From the NCBI GenBank assembly GCA_029261695.1, contig JAJDAV010000066.1:1-58038 (forward strand): a stretch of 58,038 nucleotides of DNA. Direction: 5' to 3'. Every line of letters begins with the position of its first letter. Position 1 is the stretch's first letter. A program made the translations under genes and the position numbers. Source of the stretch: Nitrospinaceae bacterium. Lineage in GTDB: Bacteria > Nitrospinota > Nitrospinia > Nitrospinales > VA-1. Below are positions 1 to 9,535 of the stretch, piece after piece. The notes under the pieces were generated by a model. That model ran no database searches, was not told where the DNA came from, and saw only the letters and a list, made by a program, of their open reading frames with translations.

Positions 1-2283
1 CAAGAAAAAGAAGAAACTCAAAACCAAATTCAGAACAATCTATCCTTGCTGCAAGAACGGGATAGAGAACATCAAGTTCGCTTGGGTGAATTGCAACAAC
101 TCAAAGAGCAACAAGAAAATCTGGCACAAAGAGTACTCGAAAGCTCAAACATAGCCCACGCTCAAGTTGATGCTCACAGCGAAAGAAAAGAAGCTTATTT
201 TAATAAATCCTCATTGCTGGGTTCATTGGAAAAACTACGAACACAATTTGAAGGTTTTCATGAAGGCATCAAATCTCTCATGAGCCAACAAAACGGTGAA
301 AGAATTCCTGGACTTCGCGAAGTACTCGTTGACGTTTTGCAAACCCCGGCCGAATATGAAACCGCAATAGAAACGGCATTGGGTGACAAGCTGCAAAGTG
401 TCATAGTCAATACCTACTCTGATTCAATGGAAGCCATTGGTTATCTAAAAAATAATGAATCAGGAAGGGGCCTATTTGTTCCTTTGAATCCAAAATCCAC
501 GCCCAGTGTTCCCCTAAATTTAAATGGGACGCAAGGCATTATTGGTAAAGCCCTCAATTTCATCAACTGCGGTGAAGATTATCGACCTGTAATTGAATTA
601 TTACTAAGAAACGTTGTCATTGTAGAGGATATGGATGTGGCCCTGCACCTGCATCAAAGTCCTGAGTTTCAGGGAACGGTTGTCACCCTGAACGGCGAAA
701 TGATCGAGGCAAACGGATTTATCACAGGTGGCTCTGCTAAAAGTGAGTCTTCACGTCTATTGGCCAGAAATAGAGAGATAGAAAACCTCTCCACAAACGT
801 GACGCAGCTAAAAGAAGAACTGGAAGAGTCGCAAACAAAGATTGAATCTGGGAAAAGGGCGTTGGTCGAACTAGAGTCTAACCTCAAAGAGAAAAACAAT
901 GAAGTTCATCAAAAAGAACTCGCCAACAACAATAGCCTTCGCGACCTCGATCAATTGCGACAAGATGTGCAAAGGCTGGAGAAACACGCTTCAGCATTGA
1001 ATTCCGAATCAACATCTTTGTCCGAACAACTTCAGCAACTAGAAGAAGAAAAGCATACTCTAAGGGAACAGTTGCAGGAAATGGAACAAAGGAGCCATGC
1101 AGAAGAAGAACTGCTAACTCAAGAACGCACCAAGCTGGAACAAAGTAGAAACGCATTGGAAGAAAAGTCTGTGGAAATAAGCGGATTGAAGGTCTTAATC
1201 ACTTCCTTAATCGGCCGACGCGAAAATACTCTTACAGAAATCAAACGGCTCGAATTACAGCAGCAAAACCTACAGCAACAAATTGAAAAACGGGAATCGG
1301 ACAGAGTTTCTAATCAGAACCGAATTATAGAAATAGACAATGATGTTTCTGTGCTTGAAGAGAACGTATTGAAGCAATCCAGAGAAAAAGATATTCTCAG
1401 CGAAGATGCGGTTCAGGAAGAAGAAAGTCTGAGACAAAACGAAGATGCGCAAAAACAAATGGATCAAGACATCCGCGAGTTGTCGAGAAAACTCCAGGAA
1501 ATTACTGAAACTTTATCTCAGATAGAAATCAAACGGTCTGAAATCAAGTTGCAAAGCGTTCACATTGAAGAACGCGCTTATGAAGATTTTAACGCTACAC
1601 GCGACGAACTATTGGCCGCTCATGACGAAAGTATTATCGAGCAAGAAGTGGAGGAATCTGTAAAAGATCTCAAAGAAAAATTATCGCGACTAGGCGAAGT
1701 CAATTTAGCCGCACTCTCTGAATTCGAAAAAACCAACGAGCGTTACACATTCCTCAAAGAACAGCAGGACGATCTTGCAGAATCTATCGAGTTACTGCAC
1801 TCAACCATTGAAAAAATCAATTGCACCACTCAGCAACGGTTTCTGGATACTTTTGACCAAGTAAAAGAAAACTTCAAAGAGGTATTCTCCCGCCTATTCC
1901 AAGGCGGCAAAGCTGAGTTATCCTTGATGGATGAAGCCAACCCTCTGGAGTCAGGAATAGAGATTACCGCCAACCCCATAGGGAAAAGCCTGCAAACTTT
2001 ATCACTTCTTTCCGGTGGTGAAAAAACTATGACGGCTATCGCTCTGATGTTTGCTGTATTTAAGGTTCGCCCCAGTCCCTTCTGTTTGCTGGATGAGGTC
2101 GATGCCCCTCTCGATGAAGCCAATGTAGTCCGTTTTCAAGAAATGCTGAAAGAGATGGCAGTTAACACTCAATTCATTATCATCACTCACAACCAAAAGA
2201 CCATGACCTTTGCCAACGCCCTCTATGGAATTACCATGGAAGAAAAAGGCGTCTCCAAAGCAGTTTCCGTTAACTTTAATTAA
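1..2283 (+). CDS. smc: Chromosome segregation protein SMC, C-terminal ~760 aa (5' end cut by the window edge)
   Basis: Reading frame is open from nt 1 (the track start at 46 is only an internal TTG). Long E/Q/L/K-rich coiled coil. Hinge-like segment GLREVLVDVLQTPAEYETAIETALGDKLQSVIV. ABC signature LSGGEKTMTAIALMF and Walker B FCLLDEVDAPLD near the C-terminus. Confidence 0.95.
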   Translation, partial: QEKEETQNQIQNNLSLLQERDREHQVRLGELQQLKEQQENLAQRVLESSNIAHAQVDAHSERKEAYFNKSSLLGSLEKLRTQFEGFHEGIKSLMSQQNGERIPGLREVLVDVLQTPAEYETAIETALGDKLQSVIVNTYSDSMEAIGYLKNNESGRGLFVPLNPKSTPSVPLNLNGTQGIIGKALNFINCGEDYRPVIELLLRNVVIVEDMDVALHLHQSPEFQGTVVTLNGEMIEANGFITGGSAKSESSRLLARNREIENLSTNVTQLKEELEESQTKIESGKRALVELESNLKEKNNEVHQKELANNNSLRDLDQLRQDVQRLEKHASALNSESTSLSEQLQQLEEEKHTLREQLQEMEQRSHAEEELLTQERTKLEQSRNALEEKSVEISGLKVLITSLIGRRENTLTEIKRLELQQQNLQQQIEKRESDRVSNQNRIIEIDNDVSVLEENVLKQSREKDILSEDAVQEEESLRQNEDAQKQMDQDIRELSRKLQEITETLSQIEIKRSEIKLQSVHIEERAYEDFNATRDELLAAHDESIIEQEVEESVKDLKEKLSRLGEVNLAALSEFEKTNERYTFLKEQQDDLAESIELLHSTIEKINCTTQQRFLDTFDQVKENFKEVFSRLFQGGKAELSLMDEANPLESGIEITANPIGKSLQTLSLLSGGEKTMTAIALMFAVFKVRPSPFCLLDEVDAPLDEANVVRFQEMLKEMAVNTQFIIITHNQKTMTFANALYGITMEEKGVSKAVSVNFN

Positions 2284-2345
2284 ATCCCCTCCAAATAATC
2301 CGCACGAAAGATTGCCTGCCTTTTCCAAGAAGCATTGGTCAATAA

Positions 2346-2354
2346 TGATATAAT
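2346..2354 (+). promoter_or_regulatory. Candidate extended -10 promoter element (TGATATAAT) for the LRR gene
   Basis: Matches TGnTATAAT. It ends 26 nt upstream of ATG 2380. An AAGGA Shine-Dalgarno-like motif sits at 2368-2372. No convincing -35, and AT-rich DNA gives chance hits. Confidence 0.3.
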
Positions 2355-2379
2355 CAGGGCTTCTTAAAAAGGACACCCC

Positions 2380-3732
2380 ATGGCCGAAGCAAAAGACATC
2401 GATGACAGTCTGGATTTTCTACGGTATTTTGAGAAATATACGGAGAACCCAGATTTAGGAACTTTGATTCAAGAAAAGTTAAGCACTGACAAAAAAAGCC
2501 TTGAACTCAATGGCTTCAAACTCAAAGTAGAAGATTTTAAAGCCATCTCTGGTTTTAAACCCATTAAAAACCTGAAACACCTTAGCTTGGATCAGACCGG
2601 GCTCAGCTCGGCGGGCTTACAACCTCTTTCCGCTTCTGACTCATTCACAAATATCGAAACTCTTTCTCTGGCAAATAATAATCTGGATGATGAGGCTATT
2701 TTTTTCCTGTCAAAATGTTCGTCATTGACCCAAATTGAAAGCCTCAACCTTTCAAGCAATGAACTGGGTTCCCTTGGAGCAAAAGTCCTTTCCATGACGG
2801 CAGGCCTGCCAAGTTTAAAGCGACTCGACTTATCCTACAATCGCCTGGAAGGATTAGGCCTGAAATCACTTGTCGACTCTTCTTTATTTCGTCAATGCAC
2901 CGAATTAAATCTTCGGGATACTGGCATCGGCGATGAAGGCTTGAAGTTTATGGCAAAAGCGCCGCCTCTTGAGTCGCTCATCACATTAAATTTATCTGAC
3001 AATGGATTGACTGAAATAGGCATGGAAACACTGTGTCACTCGAACGTGTTCCCTAACCTTCAAACATTAATATTAAATAATAACCATGTTGGAGATGAAG
3101 GCATTTACGCTATGTCCGAATCGCCTTTATTTTCTAATCTTATCAAGCTAGTGATGCACAATAATGGTTTAACAACAGACAGTGCGATTTCTCTTTCAAA
3201 ATCAAAAACTATTACCAAGCTTCATACTCTTGACCTAAACAACAATGACCTACGCGCAGAAGGTGCACAGGCTCTGGCCGACTCCACAAATATGAGTGCT
3301 TTAGAGAACCTGGATTTGGGGGAAAACAAGTTAGGTCATGGAGGGGCTGCAGCACTGGCAAATTCAAAAAACTGTTCCTCACTAAAATTCTTACGGTTAA
3401 GCAATAATAATATTTCTGACAAAGGCGCACAAGCACTGGCAAGTTCTTCCACTTTACTGAAGTTAGAAACTCTTTCCATCGAAAATGAAAACTGGATCCA
3501 TGCAGCCGGTGCCAAAGCAATTTCTGAATCGAAAAATCTCAGCAGTCTAAAAAATCTGGTCTTGGCCCTGAACGCAATTGGTGATGAAGGTGCAATGTAC
3601 CTTGCTAATTCGCAAAGCCTTTCCGGCCTGGAGCTCTTGAACGTAGCAGGAAATAAGCTCACACCTCGGGGGGAAGATGCATTACAAAAATCCACTGCGC
3701 TGACTGGAATGAAAGTTCTTGAAATTGTTTAA
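2380..3732 (+). CDS. Leucine-rich-repeat protein of the ribonuclease-inhibitor (RI/NLR-like) subtype, about 14 repeats of ~28 aa, no signal peptide
   Basis: Repeating LxxLxLxxNxIGDEGAxxLAxS units, e.g. LETLSLANNNLDDEAIFFLSK, LQTLILNNNHVGDEGIYAMSE, LENLDLGENKLGHGGAAALAN, LKFLRLSNNNISDKGAQALAS, LKNLVLALNAIGDEGAMYLAN. The N-terminus is hydrophilic. Confidence 0.85.
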   Translation: MAEAKDIDDSLDFLRYFEKYTENPDLGTLIQEKLSTDKKSLELNGFKLKVEDFKAISGFKPIKNLKHLSLDQTGLSSAGLQPLSASDSFTNIETLSLANNNLDDEAIFFLSKCSSLTQIESLNLSSNELGSLGAKVLSMTAGLPSLKRLDLSYNRLEGLGLKSLVDSSLFRQCTELNLRDTGIGDEGLKFMAKAPPLESLITLNLSDNGLTEIGMETLCHSNVFPNLQTLILNNNHVGDEGIYAMSESPLFSNLIKLVMHNNGLTTDSAISLSKSKTITKLHTLDLNNNDLRAEGAQALADSTNMSALENLDLGENKLGHGGAAALANSKNCSSLKFLRLSNNNISDKGAQALASSSTLLKLETLSIENENWIHAAGAKAISESKNLSSLKNLVLALNAIGDEGAMYLANSQSLSGLELLNVAGNKLTPRGEDALQKSTALTGMKVLEIV

Positions 3733-3889
3733 AAAAGAAATTCTCTGAAATCCCACCATTAAAGATCAACATCGACAGTAAATATCAATAGGCAAAAAAA
3801 ACAACATCTTCCCTCTATTGATTTTCTGTTGATGAGTGATATGATCAGCCACCCTTCTGGTTCATGGGCCCTCTTTACTGGATTTAGGC

Positions 3890-5080
3890 ATGAGTGATAT
3901 AAGGCAAAAGGTAATAGATTCTTTAAGTTCCAACGTAGATGGAAATTCTGATTTTTTGAGTTCAATCACTTCGCTGGCAAAAGAAGAAGGGGAACATGTT
4001 TACGATACCCTCCTCAACCTTTTAACCCAGCTGGACTTCAGCCCTGAAGACGCAAAGAAAAATTGGCAACGCATCGTTGAACACAAAAATGAATTGGAAG
4101 GCAAGCTGGGTCATTCGATAAGTTTGATGACCGCTGTTTGTTATTATTTTAGTGATGTGGAAAAAAATATCAGCACTCCCGCCATCATTGAATTAAAAAT
4201 TCTAGAAGAAACTAAAAAGCAATCACATTCAGATGGATTAACCGGGCTTTTCAATCGGCGCTATTTTGATGAGGCAATGCAGGGAGAAATGAACCGAGCA
4301 CAAAGATACAACAGCTCTTTTTCCGTATTCTTTATTGATCTCGACCATTTCAAAAAACTAAACGATACATACGGCCATCAAGCAGGCGATCTAACCTTGA
4401 AAGTTGTCGCTGACATTCTTCAGAGCATGAAACGAACAGAAGACACCGCTTGTCGATATGGCGGGGAAGAACTGGTCGTTATCCTTCCCGAAACTGAGAA
4501 AATAAATGCCTTGGTAATTGCCGAAAGAATTAGAAAAAAAGTTGAAGAACAGGTACTTGAATTTGAAGGAACCACTTTCGGCGTTACATTAAGTGGCGGA
4601 ATTGCTTCTTATCCAGCAGATGGGAAAGAAGTCCAAGAACTTATTCATGCGGCAGATGTAGCTCTTTATCAGGCAAAAGAAAGTGGCCGAAATAAAATCT
4701 TCATACACGATTTTGAAAAACGCCATTATCTCCGAATCGACTTTGCCGGCGAAGTCCAAGTAAAATCTGTAACTCAGAGTTCAAAGTCCGAAAAGATTGA
4801 TGTCCCCGCTGTTAATATCAGTTCGTCTGGAATCCTATTTGAAAGCCCAATCGCTTTAAAAATTGGAGAGCATGTCCAAATCTTACTTTCGATTAAAGAT
4901 CAAAAGCAACCAGTCACAGTTAAAGCCCAAGTAGCAAGAGTGGAAAAATTCGAATCACATTTCGATATTGGGGTGTCTTTTTTAGAGATAGATGGATCAG
5001 GGGAAAGTGAATTCGCAAAAACTCTGGCGCAAAACCTGGGAATTCCGCTAGATCAGTTTAATCAAAGAAAACCTGATTAG
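3890..5080 (+). CDS. Diguanylate cyclase (GGDEF domain with I-site) fused to a C-terminal PilZ domain; N-terminal ~110 aa of unknown type
   Basis: GGDEF-domain motifs DGLTGLFNRRYF and FFIDLDHFKKLND. Active site RYGGEELVV (nt 4460-4474). RxxD I-site RTED lies exactly five residues upstream. C-terminal PilZ motifs RHYLR (nt 4721-4735) and NISSSG. Confidence 0.9.
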   Translation: MSDIRQKVIDSLSSNVDGNSDFLSSITSLAKEEGEHVYDTLLNLLTQLDFSPEDAKKNWQRIVEHKNELEGKLGHSISLMTAVCYYFSDVEKNISTPAIIELKILEETKKQSHSDGLTGLFNRRYFDEAMQGEMNRAQRYNSSFSVFFIDLDHFKKLNDTYGHQAGDLTLKVVADILQSMKRTEDTACRYGGEELVVILPETEKINALVIAERIRKKVEEQVLEFEGTTFGVTLSGGIASYPADGKEVQELIHAADVALYQAKESGRNKIFIHDFEKRHYLRIDFAGEVQVKSVTQSSKSEKIDVPAVNISSSGILFESPIALKIGEHVQILLSIKDQKQPVTVKAQVARVEKFESHFDIGVSFLEIDGSGESEFAKTLAQNLGIPLDQFNQRKPD

Positions 5081-5871
5081 TTTTTAATTGCTAGAATATT
5101 AAACGTATTCTGAGTAGCTAAAATTCTATTCGCCAACCACGCATTGATTCCATATCTGCGGGCGCAATACTTATCCACTTTTACAATTGAAAAATTCTCA
5201 TCTTTCAGAATTTTCTCAACTTCTGCCGGGGCTATTCCACCAAATTGCCGCTGATAATCTGAATGATGATATTCATCCTCGAGCAATGGAATGTTTCTAA
5301 TCCCCATTTCCAAGTGATACGACTTCTCATCCAACCAAGAAAGGCTACGATGCAAAGCATAGCGCAGTGAAGAGGTGACCTGTTGTTTCAAAGGCTCAAA
5401 AAATATCAGGATTTTTGTTCCCGACTTAAGTTTTTCGCAGGATTTTTTTAATACCGCCTGATAGTCGAAAAGATGATGCAGTACTGCGGAAAATACTACC
5501 AGATCAAATTCCTCCTGGCTTTCCTCAATAAACGCTTCCACATCACCCACTGAGAGATGGGCGCGATTCTTTTCATTTTCAGCTACAGATTTTTTTAAAA
5601 CCTCGACCATCTCAGCAGAAAGGTCCAGACCCGTCACATCAAATCCTCTCCGTAAAAACCTCAAAAACAAATATCCCGTTCCACAACCAAGATCAAGGAT
5701 TTTTGCATCTCGATCCAGATCAAGGCAAATTTGATCTAAAGTTTTCTCAACAATATAGTTTTGAAAAAAATTTGTTTGTTCAGGGTGACGGGAAAGATAC
5801 AACTGATTCTCAAGGGCATGAACGCGCCGGTTCTCTTCTAATACTTTTTCCTTGAGGAGGGTCGATGTCAT
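5077..5871 (-). CDS. Class I SAM-dependent methyltransferase
   Basis: Motif I ILDLGCGTGYLF followed by an acidic DLS loop, with Rossmann-type spacing. Last gene of the minus-strand sugar operon. Its stop overlaps the stop of the convergent GGDEF gene by 4 nt. Confidence 0.85.
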   Translation of the reverse strand: MTSTLLKEKVLEENRRVHALENQLYLSRHPEQTNFFQNYIVEKTLDQICLDLDRDAKILDLGCGTGYLFLRFLRRGFDVTGLDLSAEMVEVLKKSVAENEKNRAHLSVGDVEAFIEESQEEFDLVVFSAVLHHLFDYQAVLKKSCEKLKSGTKILIFFEPLKQQVTSSLRYALHRSLSWLDEKSYHLEMGIRNIPLLEDEYHHSDYQRQFGGIAPAEVEKILKDENFSIVKVDKYCARRYGINAWLANRILATQNTFNILAIKN

Positions 5872-5882
5872 TTTCTATGAAT

Positions 5883-6734
5883 TCAGATGACTTCTTGAAA
5901 TTCGTCAAAAAAGAAACGTTTATCGGTCTTCGAAGTTTCACATTCATTACAATTTGTGCATACCGCCGGAAAACCTCCTTCTTCATGCTGGTCGCGTAAT
6001 GCCTGAATCTCAGAGTTTTTCCACAGATCGCTGACACGATCATTATTCGCATCGCCTAGTTTAAGGGTTGCATTATAGTCGACACAACAAGGAATTACAG
6101 TACCGTCCCAAAGTACAACCAGCTTGCCGTAATCTTTCCCAAAAGGTTCCGGGCAAGGTTCTTTGCGCGGGCTTTGAATAAGCTTGGGTTGCATTCGGAC
6201 ATGATCGACAATGGATTCCCAATGCTCAATATACTCATCGACATCTTGTTGAGTTTCTTCTTCTACGGTAAAAACAACTCCCATACTTAATTCAGGACGT
6301 CTCGTATCTTTGGCTTCTTTCAGCCGAAGTATATTCGCCTTAATCTTATCAAGCTCCACACCTCGAACCTTTTTAAAAGTCTCAGCCGAGCCATCAATAG
6401 AAAACCGAATGATGTTTAAAGGACTTTCAATAATTTTGTTGATTATTTTTTCCGTCAACAAAGTTCCATTGGTATTCATTACGATATATTTGACTCCTGC
6501 CTGATGGGCATAATCAAACATCTCAAAAATTTCTTTGTGCAAGAGAGGTTCCCCCCAATTATGCATACATAGATGCTCAAGCTCGGGGGTGTCATCTATA
6601 ACTTTTTTAAACAAACCTAAATCCATAAATCCTTCATTTCGAGTCATCCCCTCTGTCACAAAACAAAAGGTACAACGCAAATTGCAGGTATTAGTCGGTT
6701 CAATAATTAATGATGTAAGAGGCTTAACACGCAT
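5883..6734 (-). CDS. Radical SAM enzyme with a C-terminal Cys-rich SPASM/twitch-like extension
   Basis: CxxxCxxC cluster CNLRCTFC near the N-terminus. C-terminal Cys cluster CCVDYN...CTNCNEC. Its start overlaps the upstream stop (TAATG). Confidence 0.85.
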   Translation of the reverse strand: MRVKPLTSLIIEPTNTCNLRCTFCFVTEGMTRNEGFMDLGLFKKVIDDTPELEHLCMHNWGEPLLHKEIFEMFDYAHQAGVKYIVMNTNGTLLTEKIINKIIESPLNIIRFSIDGSAETFKKVRGVELDKIKANILRLKEAKDTRRPELSMGVVFTVEEETQQDVDEYIEHWESIVDHVRMQPKLIQSPRKEPCPEPFGKDYGKLVVLWDGTVIPCCVDYNATLKLGDANNDRVSDLWKNSEIQALRDQHEEGGFPAVCTNCNECETSKTDKRFFFDEFQEVI

Positions 6735-7672
6735 TATTCGATTACCTTTTCAACAATGTAATCCGGGCGCGCCTGAATCTGATGATGCACCCTTCCCAGA
6801 TATTCACCCAAAAAACCAATCGACAATAATTGAACACCAACAAAAAATGCAAAAACCGCCGATAAAACCACAAAACCTTCAATCAAAATTCCATTTACTA
6901 TTCTTTGAAAAAGCAAAAAAGCCACCATCAAAAAACCCAACAACGCACCCATTAGCCCCATATACGTCACCATGCGTAACGGGAAACTGGAATAACCTGT
7001 CACTAAGTCCCAGGATAGTTTTAATAAGTTTAAGAGGCTGTACTTGGTGTTTCCTTTTTTTCTCTCATGATGCTCCACTTCAATTTCGACAGTGGGCAAT
7101 CCCATCCAACTCATTAAAACTGCCATATATCGAGATCGATCTTTGCAAGTTTCAATTCTCTCTACCACGCTACGACGAATCGCACGGAAGGAACTTAAAT
7201 TCAATTTCACAGAATTCCCAAAAAGCATTTGCCCAATTTTGAGCAGGGCACGAGAACCAAAAATCCTAAGCGCACCGTCTCTCCTTTTACGATGGACAGT
7301 AGTTACAATATCTATATCATCCGTCATAGCATGAAGGAGCTTTGGAATTTCTTCTGGGGGATTCTGTAAATCAGAATCCAATTGAACAATGATCTTTCCT
7401 CTAGCAATCCTAAATCCAGCAAGCACTGCTGCCTGCTGTCCAAAGTTTCTGGTAAATTTTACAATCCGTAGTGCTGTATCATTTGCTTGGAGTTGTTTTA
7501 ATTTTTCATAGGACCCGTCAGAACTACCATCATCAACGAACACTATTTCATAAGTTTGATTTAACCCATCGCAAACAACCTTAAGTCTGGAATACAATTC
7601 CTCAACAAGAGACACCTCGTTAAAAACTGGGGTGACAATTGAAATTTCTATTTGTTTATCTCTATCGTCCAT
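6734..7672 (-). CDS. GT2 polyprenyl-phosphate glycosyltransferase (ArnC/GtrB/DPM1-like) with two C-terminal TM helices
   Basis: GT-A motifs SIVTPVFNE and VDDGSSDGS, and DxD-like DSDLQ. Hydrophobic helices LMGALLGFLMVAFLLF and VLSAVFAFFVGVQLLSIGFLG, as in lipid-carrier-loading GT2 enzymes. Confidence 0.85.
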   Translation of the reverse strand: MDDRDKQIEISIVTPVFNEVSLVEELYSRLKVVCDGLNQTYEIVFVDDGSSDGSYEKLKQLQANDTALRIVKFTRNFGQQAAVLAGFRIARGKIIVQLDSDLQNPPEEIPKLLHAMTDDIDIVTTVHRKRRDGALRIFGSRALLKIGQMLFGNSVKLNLSSFRAIRRSVVERIETCKDRSRYMAVLMSWMGLPTVEIEVEHHERKKGNTKYSLLNLLKLSWDLVTGYSSFPLRMVTYMGLMGALLGFLMVAFLLFQRIVNGILIEGFVVLSAVFAFFVGVQLLSIGFLGEYLGRVHHQIQARPDYIVEKVIE

Positions 7673-7681
7673 AATTTCCGG

Positions 7682-8800
7682 CTAGTTAGACTCTTTTTGA
7701 GAGTGGCCCACATATTCCGACTGACAACAACCTAAGCAACCGGGAAAAATTCCTTCCGTCTTCAATTTACTGCGGAATTCCTTTATACGATCCGAATGCC
7801 AAGAAATTGGACCACTGCCATTATTTAAATTTCCCACTCTATAGTGAGGGCAACTGAACACATCGCCATATGCAGAAAAAGCCACCTTTGCCCATGGAAT
7901 ATAGCAACGATAATCCTTATAAGAACTCTTATTGGAATAATAACGAACAATTTCCTCAGCCGTAATATAGTTCGGTGAAAATCTCAGCTTCGTCTTAAAA
8001 CCTTCGCTCATTTTTTCTATTCGTGTTAATTGATCGCGCAATATATCTGGTTCAATTTCTTCAACTGGCACCGTTGGCTTGTCTAAATGATGGTCCTGAT
8101 CATAATCCTTCCCATGCCAGTAAGTCGCCGGACTGCTCACCACAAAATTGCAAACATTCACCTCAAGATTATTTGCATATTCGTATAGGGTCGCAAGGTC
8201 CATTACATTTCCCCGATTGATCACACACGTTAAATGTATGAGAGGGAATTCAGATTTTAGCTCCCGTTTTCGAGCAACCAGTCTTTCCAGTCCTTGCGTT
8301 GTTTTTTTGAATGATCCAGGAATCGTAGTAATTGCATCATGAAGATCTTCGTTACCTTCAATAGAAACTCCCATATAAAACAATCCACAGCCCCAAACCG
8401 ATTTGAGTCTCAAACGCATTAAGTCTTCCACCACCTTTTCACTTAACGTTGTTCCATTAGTGATAATATGTACTTTATGGCGTTTAACCGCAAACTCAAG
8501 AATCTCCATGAAATCGCTTTTCATAAACGCTTCGCCACCGGTAAACGTAATCAATGAAAACCGGGGGAGTTTTGAAATAGCCTTTTTTACTTCATCAGCT
8601 GAAAGTTCATTCTTATAAGTCTTATTCGTTTCCGTATCGTCAATAATTTCGAGATAGTGGCACATGTCACAACGAAGGTTGCAACGATAGGTCACCTCAA
8701 AAAATGCCTGCATAGGAGGAAGGGAGTTCTTTGGCATTAGATAAAACGGCAGAAAAGAATATAGACGCGGCAAAATTTTTTGTAAAATTTTAAAATCCAT
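7682..8800 (-). CDS. Radical SAM enzyme (second one in the operon) with a C-terminal Cys-rich extension
   Basis: CNLRCDMC cluster. C-terminal CPHY...CLGCCQSEY cysteines. 9-nt spacer to the downstream GT2 gene. Confidence 0.85.
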   Translation of the reverse strand: MDFKILQKILPRLYSFLPFYLMPKNSLPPMQAFFEVTYRCNLRCDMCHYLEIIDDTETNKTYKNELSADEVKKAISKLPRFSLITFTGGEAFMKSDFMEILEFAVKRHKVHIITNGTTLSEKVVEDLMRLRLKSVWGCGLFYMGVSIEGNEDLHDAITTIPGSFKKTTQGLERLVARKRELKSEFPLIHLTCVINRGNVMDLATLYEYANNLEVNVCNFVVSSPATYWHGKDYDQDHHLDKPTVPVEEIEPDILRDQLTRIEKMSEGFKTKLRFSPNYITAEEIVRYYSNKSSYKDYRCYIPWAKVAFSAYGDVFSCPHYRVGNLNNGSGPISWHSDRIKEFRSKLKTEGIFPGCLGCCQSEYVGHSQKESN

Positions 8801-8813
8801 AATCGCCAGTTTC

Positions 8814-9512
8814 CTAGGTACAGCTGGATTCAGTTTGTTTTAATATGCCCAAACTTTTTTCTCCGCAGTTAAACAACAAATCCAAAGTCGACAAGAATGG
8901 AACAAACCCGGTATAGCGTTGTTGATATTCGGGATGCTGGTATTCCTGATACTCCAGTTTGATGCCTTGATCAGCAAAATCTTTTTCTGAAATATAGTCT
9001 TTAGCAGCTTCTCCGCTTAAATATTGAGTAGCCTCTAGCTGTTTGCAAATTGAAATCAGCCTTTGCGTTTTATTTCCTTCCCCACCTAACTCGGACGAAC
9101 GGAGAAGAGGAGTATCAATTTTTAATTGCTCCCTTAAATATTCTATGGTTTCCATAGAAAGGTCTAATAAATACTCCCATTCGCTATTAAATATTTTCTC
9201 ACACCAGGGAAAATACAACTCAAAAAAAGGTGCTTTAGAGTAATGACATCGAATTGTTTCTAAATGCTTGCGCTTCCATGATGTCGAATTATCGATTTTT
9301 GTTTCAAGGAGGCTTTGTTCGTATTTATTTTTTTGGATCACGGGAACCGTCAACCAAACCGAACCATCACGAATTCGAACTCGATTTCTATTCCTCCAAT
9401 CGCGACGCGTAAACTGCACATCATCATACAAAACAAATTGATCCGAGCGGTGCATCTGGTCGAAAAATCCCAGCCAAGGCAAATAAGAAGGCTGAAGAAT
9501 AGTCACGCGCAT
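8814..9512 (-). CDS. WbqC-family protein (function unknown; the family is found in O-antigen/glycan clusters)
   Basis: I moved the start to the internal ATG giving MRVTILQPSYLPWLGFFDQ. ILQPSYLPWLGFF and DDVQFTRRDWRNRNRV are typical of WbqC-like proteins. The longer track ORF (to 9581) would overlap rfbB by 46 nt. Confidence 0.8.
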   Translation of the reverse strand: MRVTILQPSYLPWLGFFDQMHRSDQFVLYDDVQFTRRDWRNRNRVRIRDGSVWLTVPVIQKNKYEQSLLETKIDNSTSWKRKHLETIRCHYSKAPFFELYFPWCEKIFNSEWEYLLDLSMETIEYLREQLKIDTPLLRSSELGGEGNKTQRLISICKQLEATQYLSGEAAKDYISEKDFADQGIKLEYQEYQHPEYQQRYTGFVPFLSTLDLLFNCGEKSLGILKQTESSCT

Positions 9513-9535
9513 AGGTTCAATCTCTGTTGGTTGAA

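Noticed and set aside
6535-7242. A 235-aa plus-strand ORF antisense to the GT2 gene. Similar antisense ORFs occur at 11538-11900 (in nadE), 27801-28451 (in tig), 37238-37750 (in the Pro-rich TPR gene) and 40652-41287 (in fliI).
   Set aside because: Each lies fully inside a gene with strong family motifs on the other strand. Their products are low-complexity or motif-free, which is the typical shadow-ORF pattern.
5883-8800. Reading the two radical SAM/Cys-rich enzymes as a RiPP (peptide maturase) cluster.
   Set aside because: No small precursor ORF fits in the 9-13 nt spacers. The genes are embedded between rfbB, WbqC, a lipid-carrier GT2 and a methyltransferase, which points to sugar chemistry.
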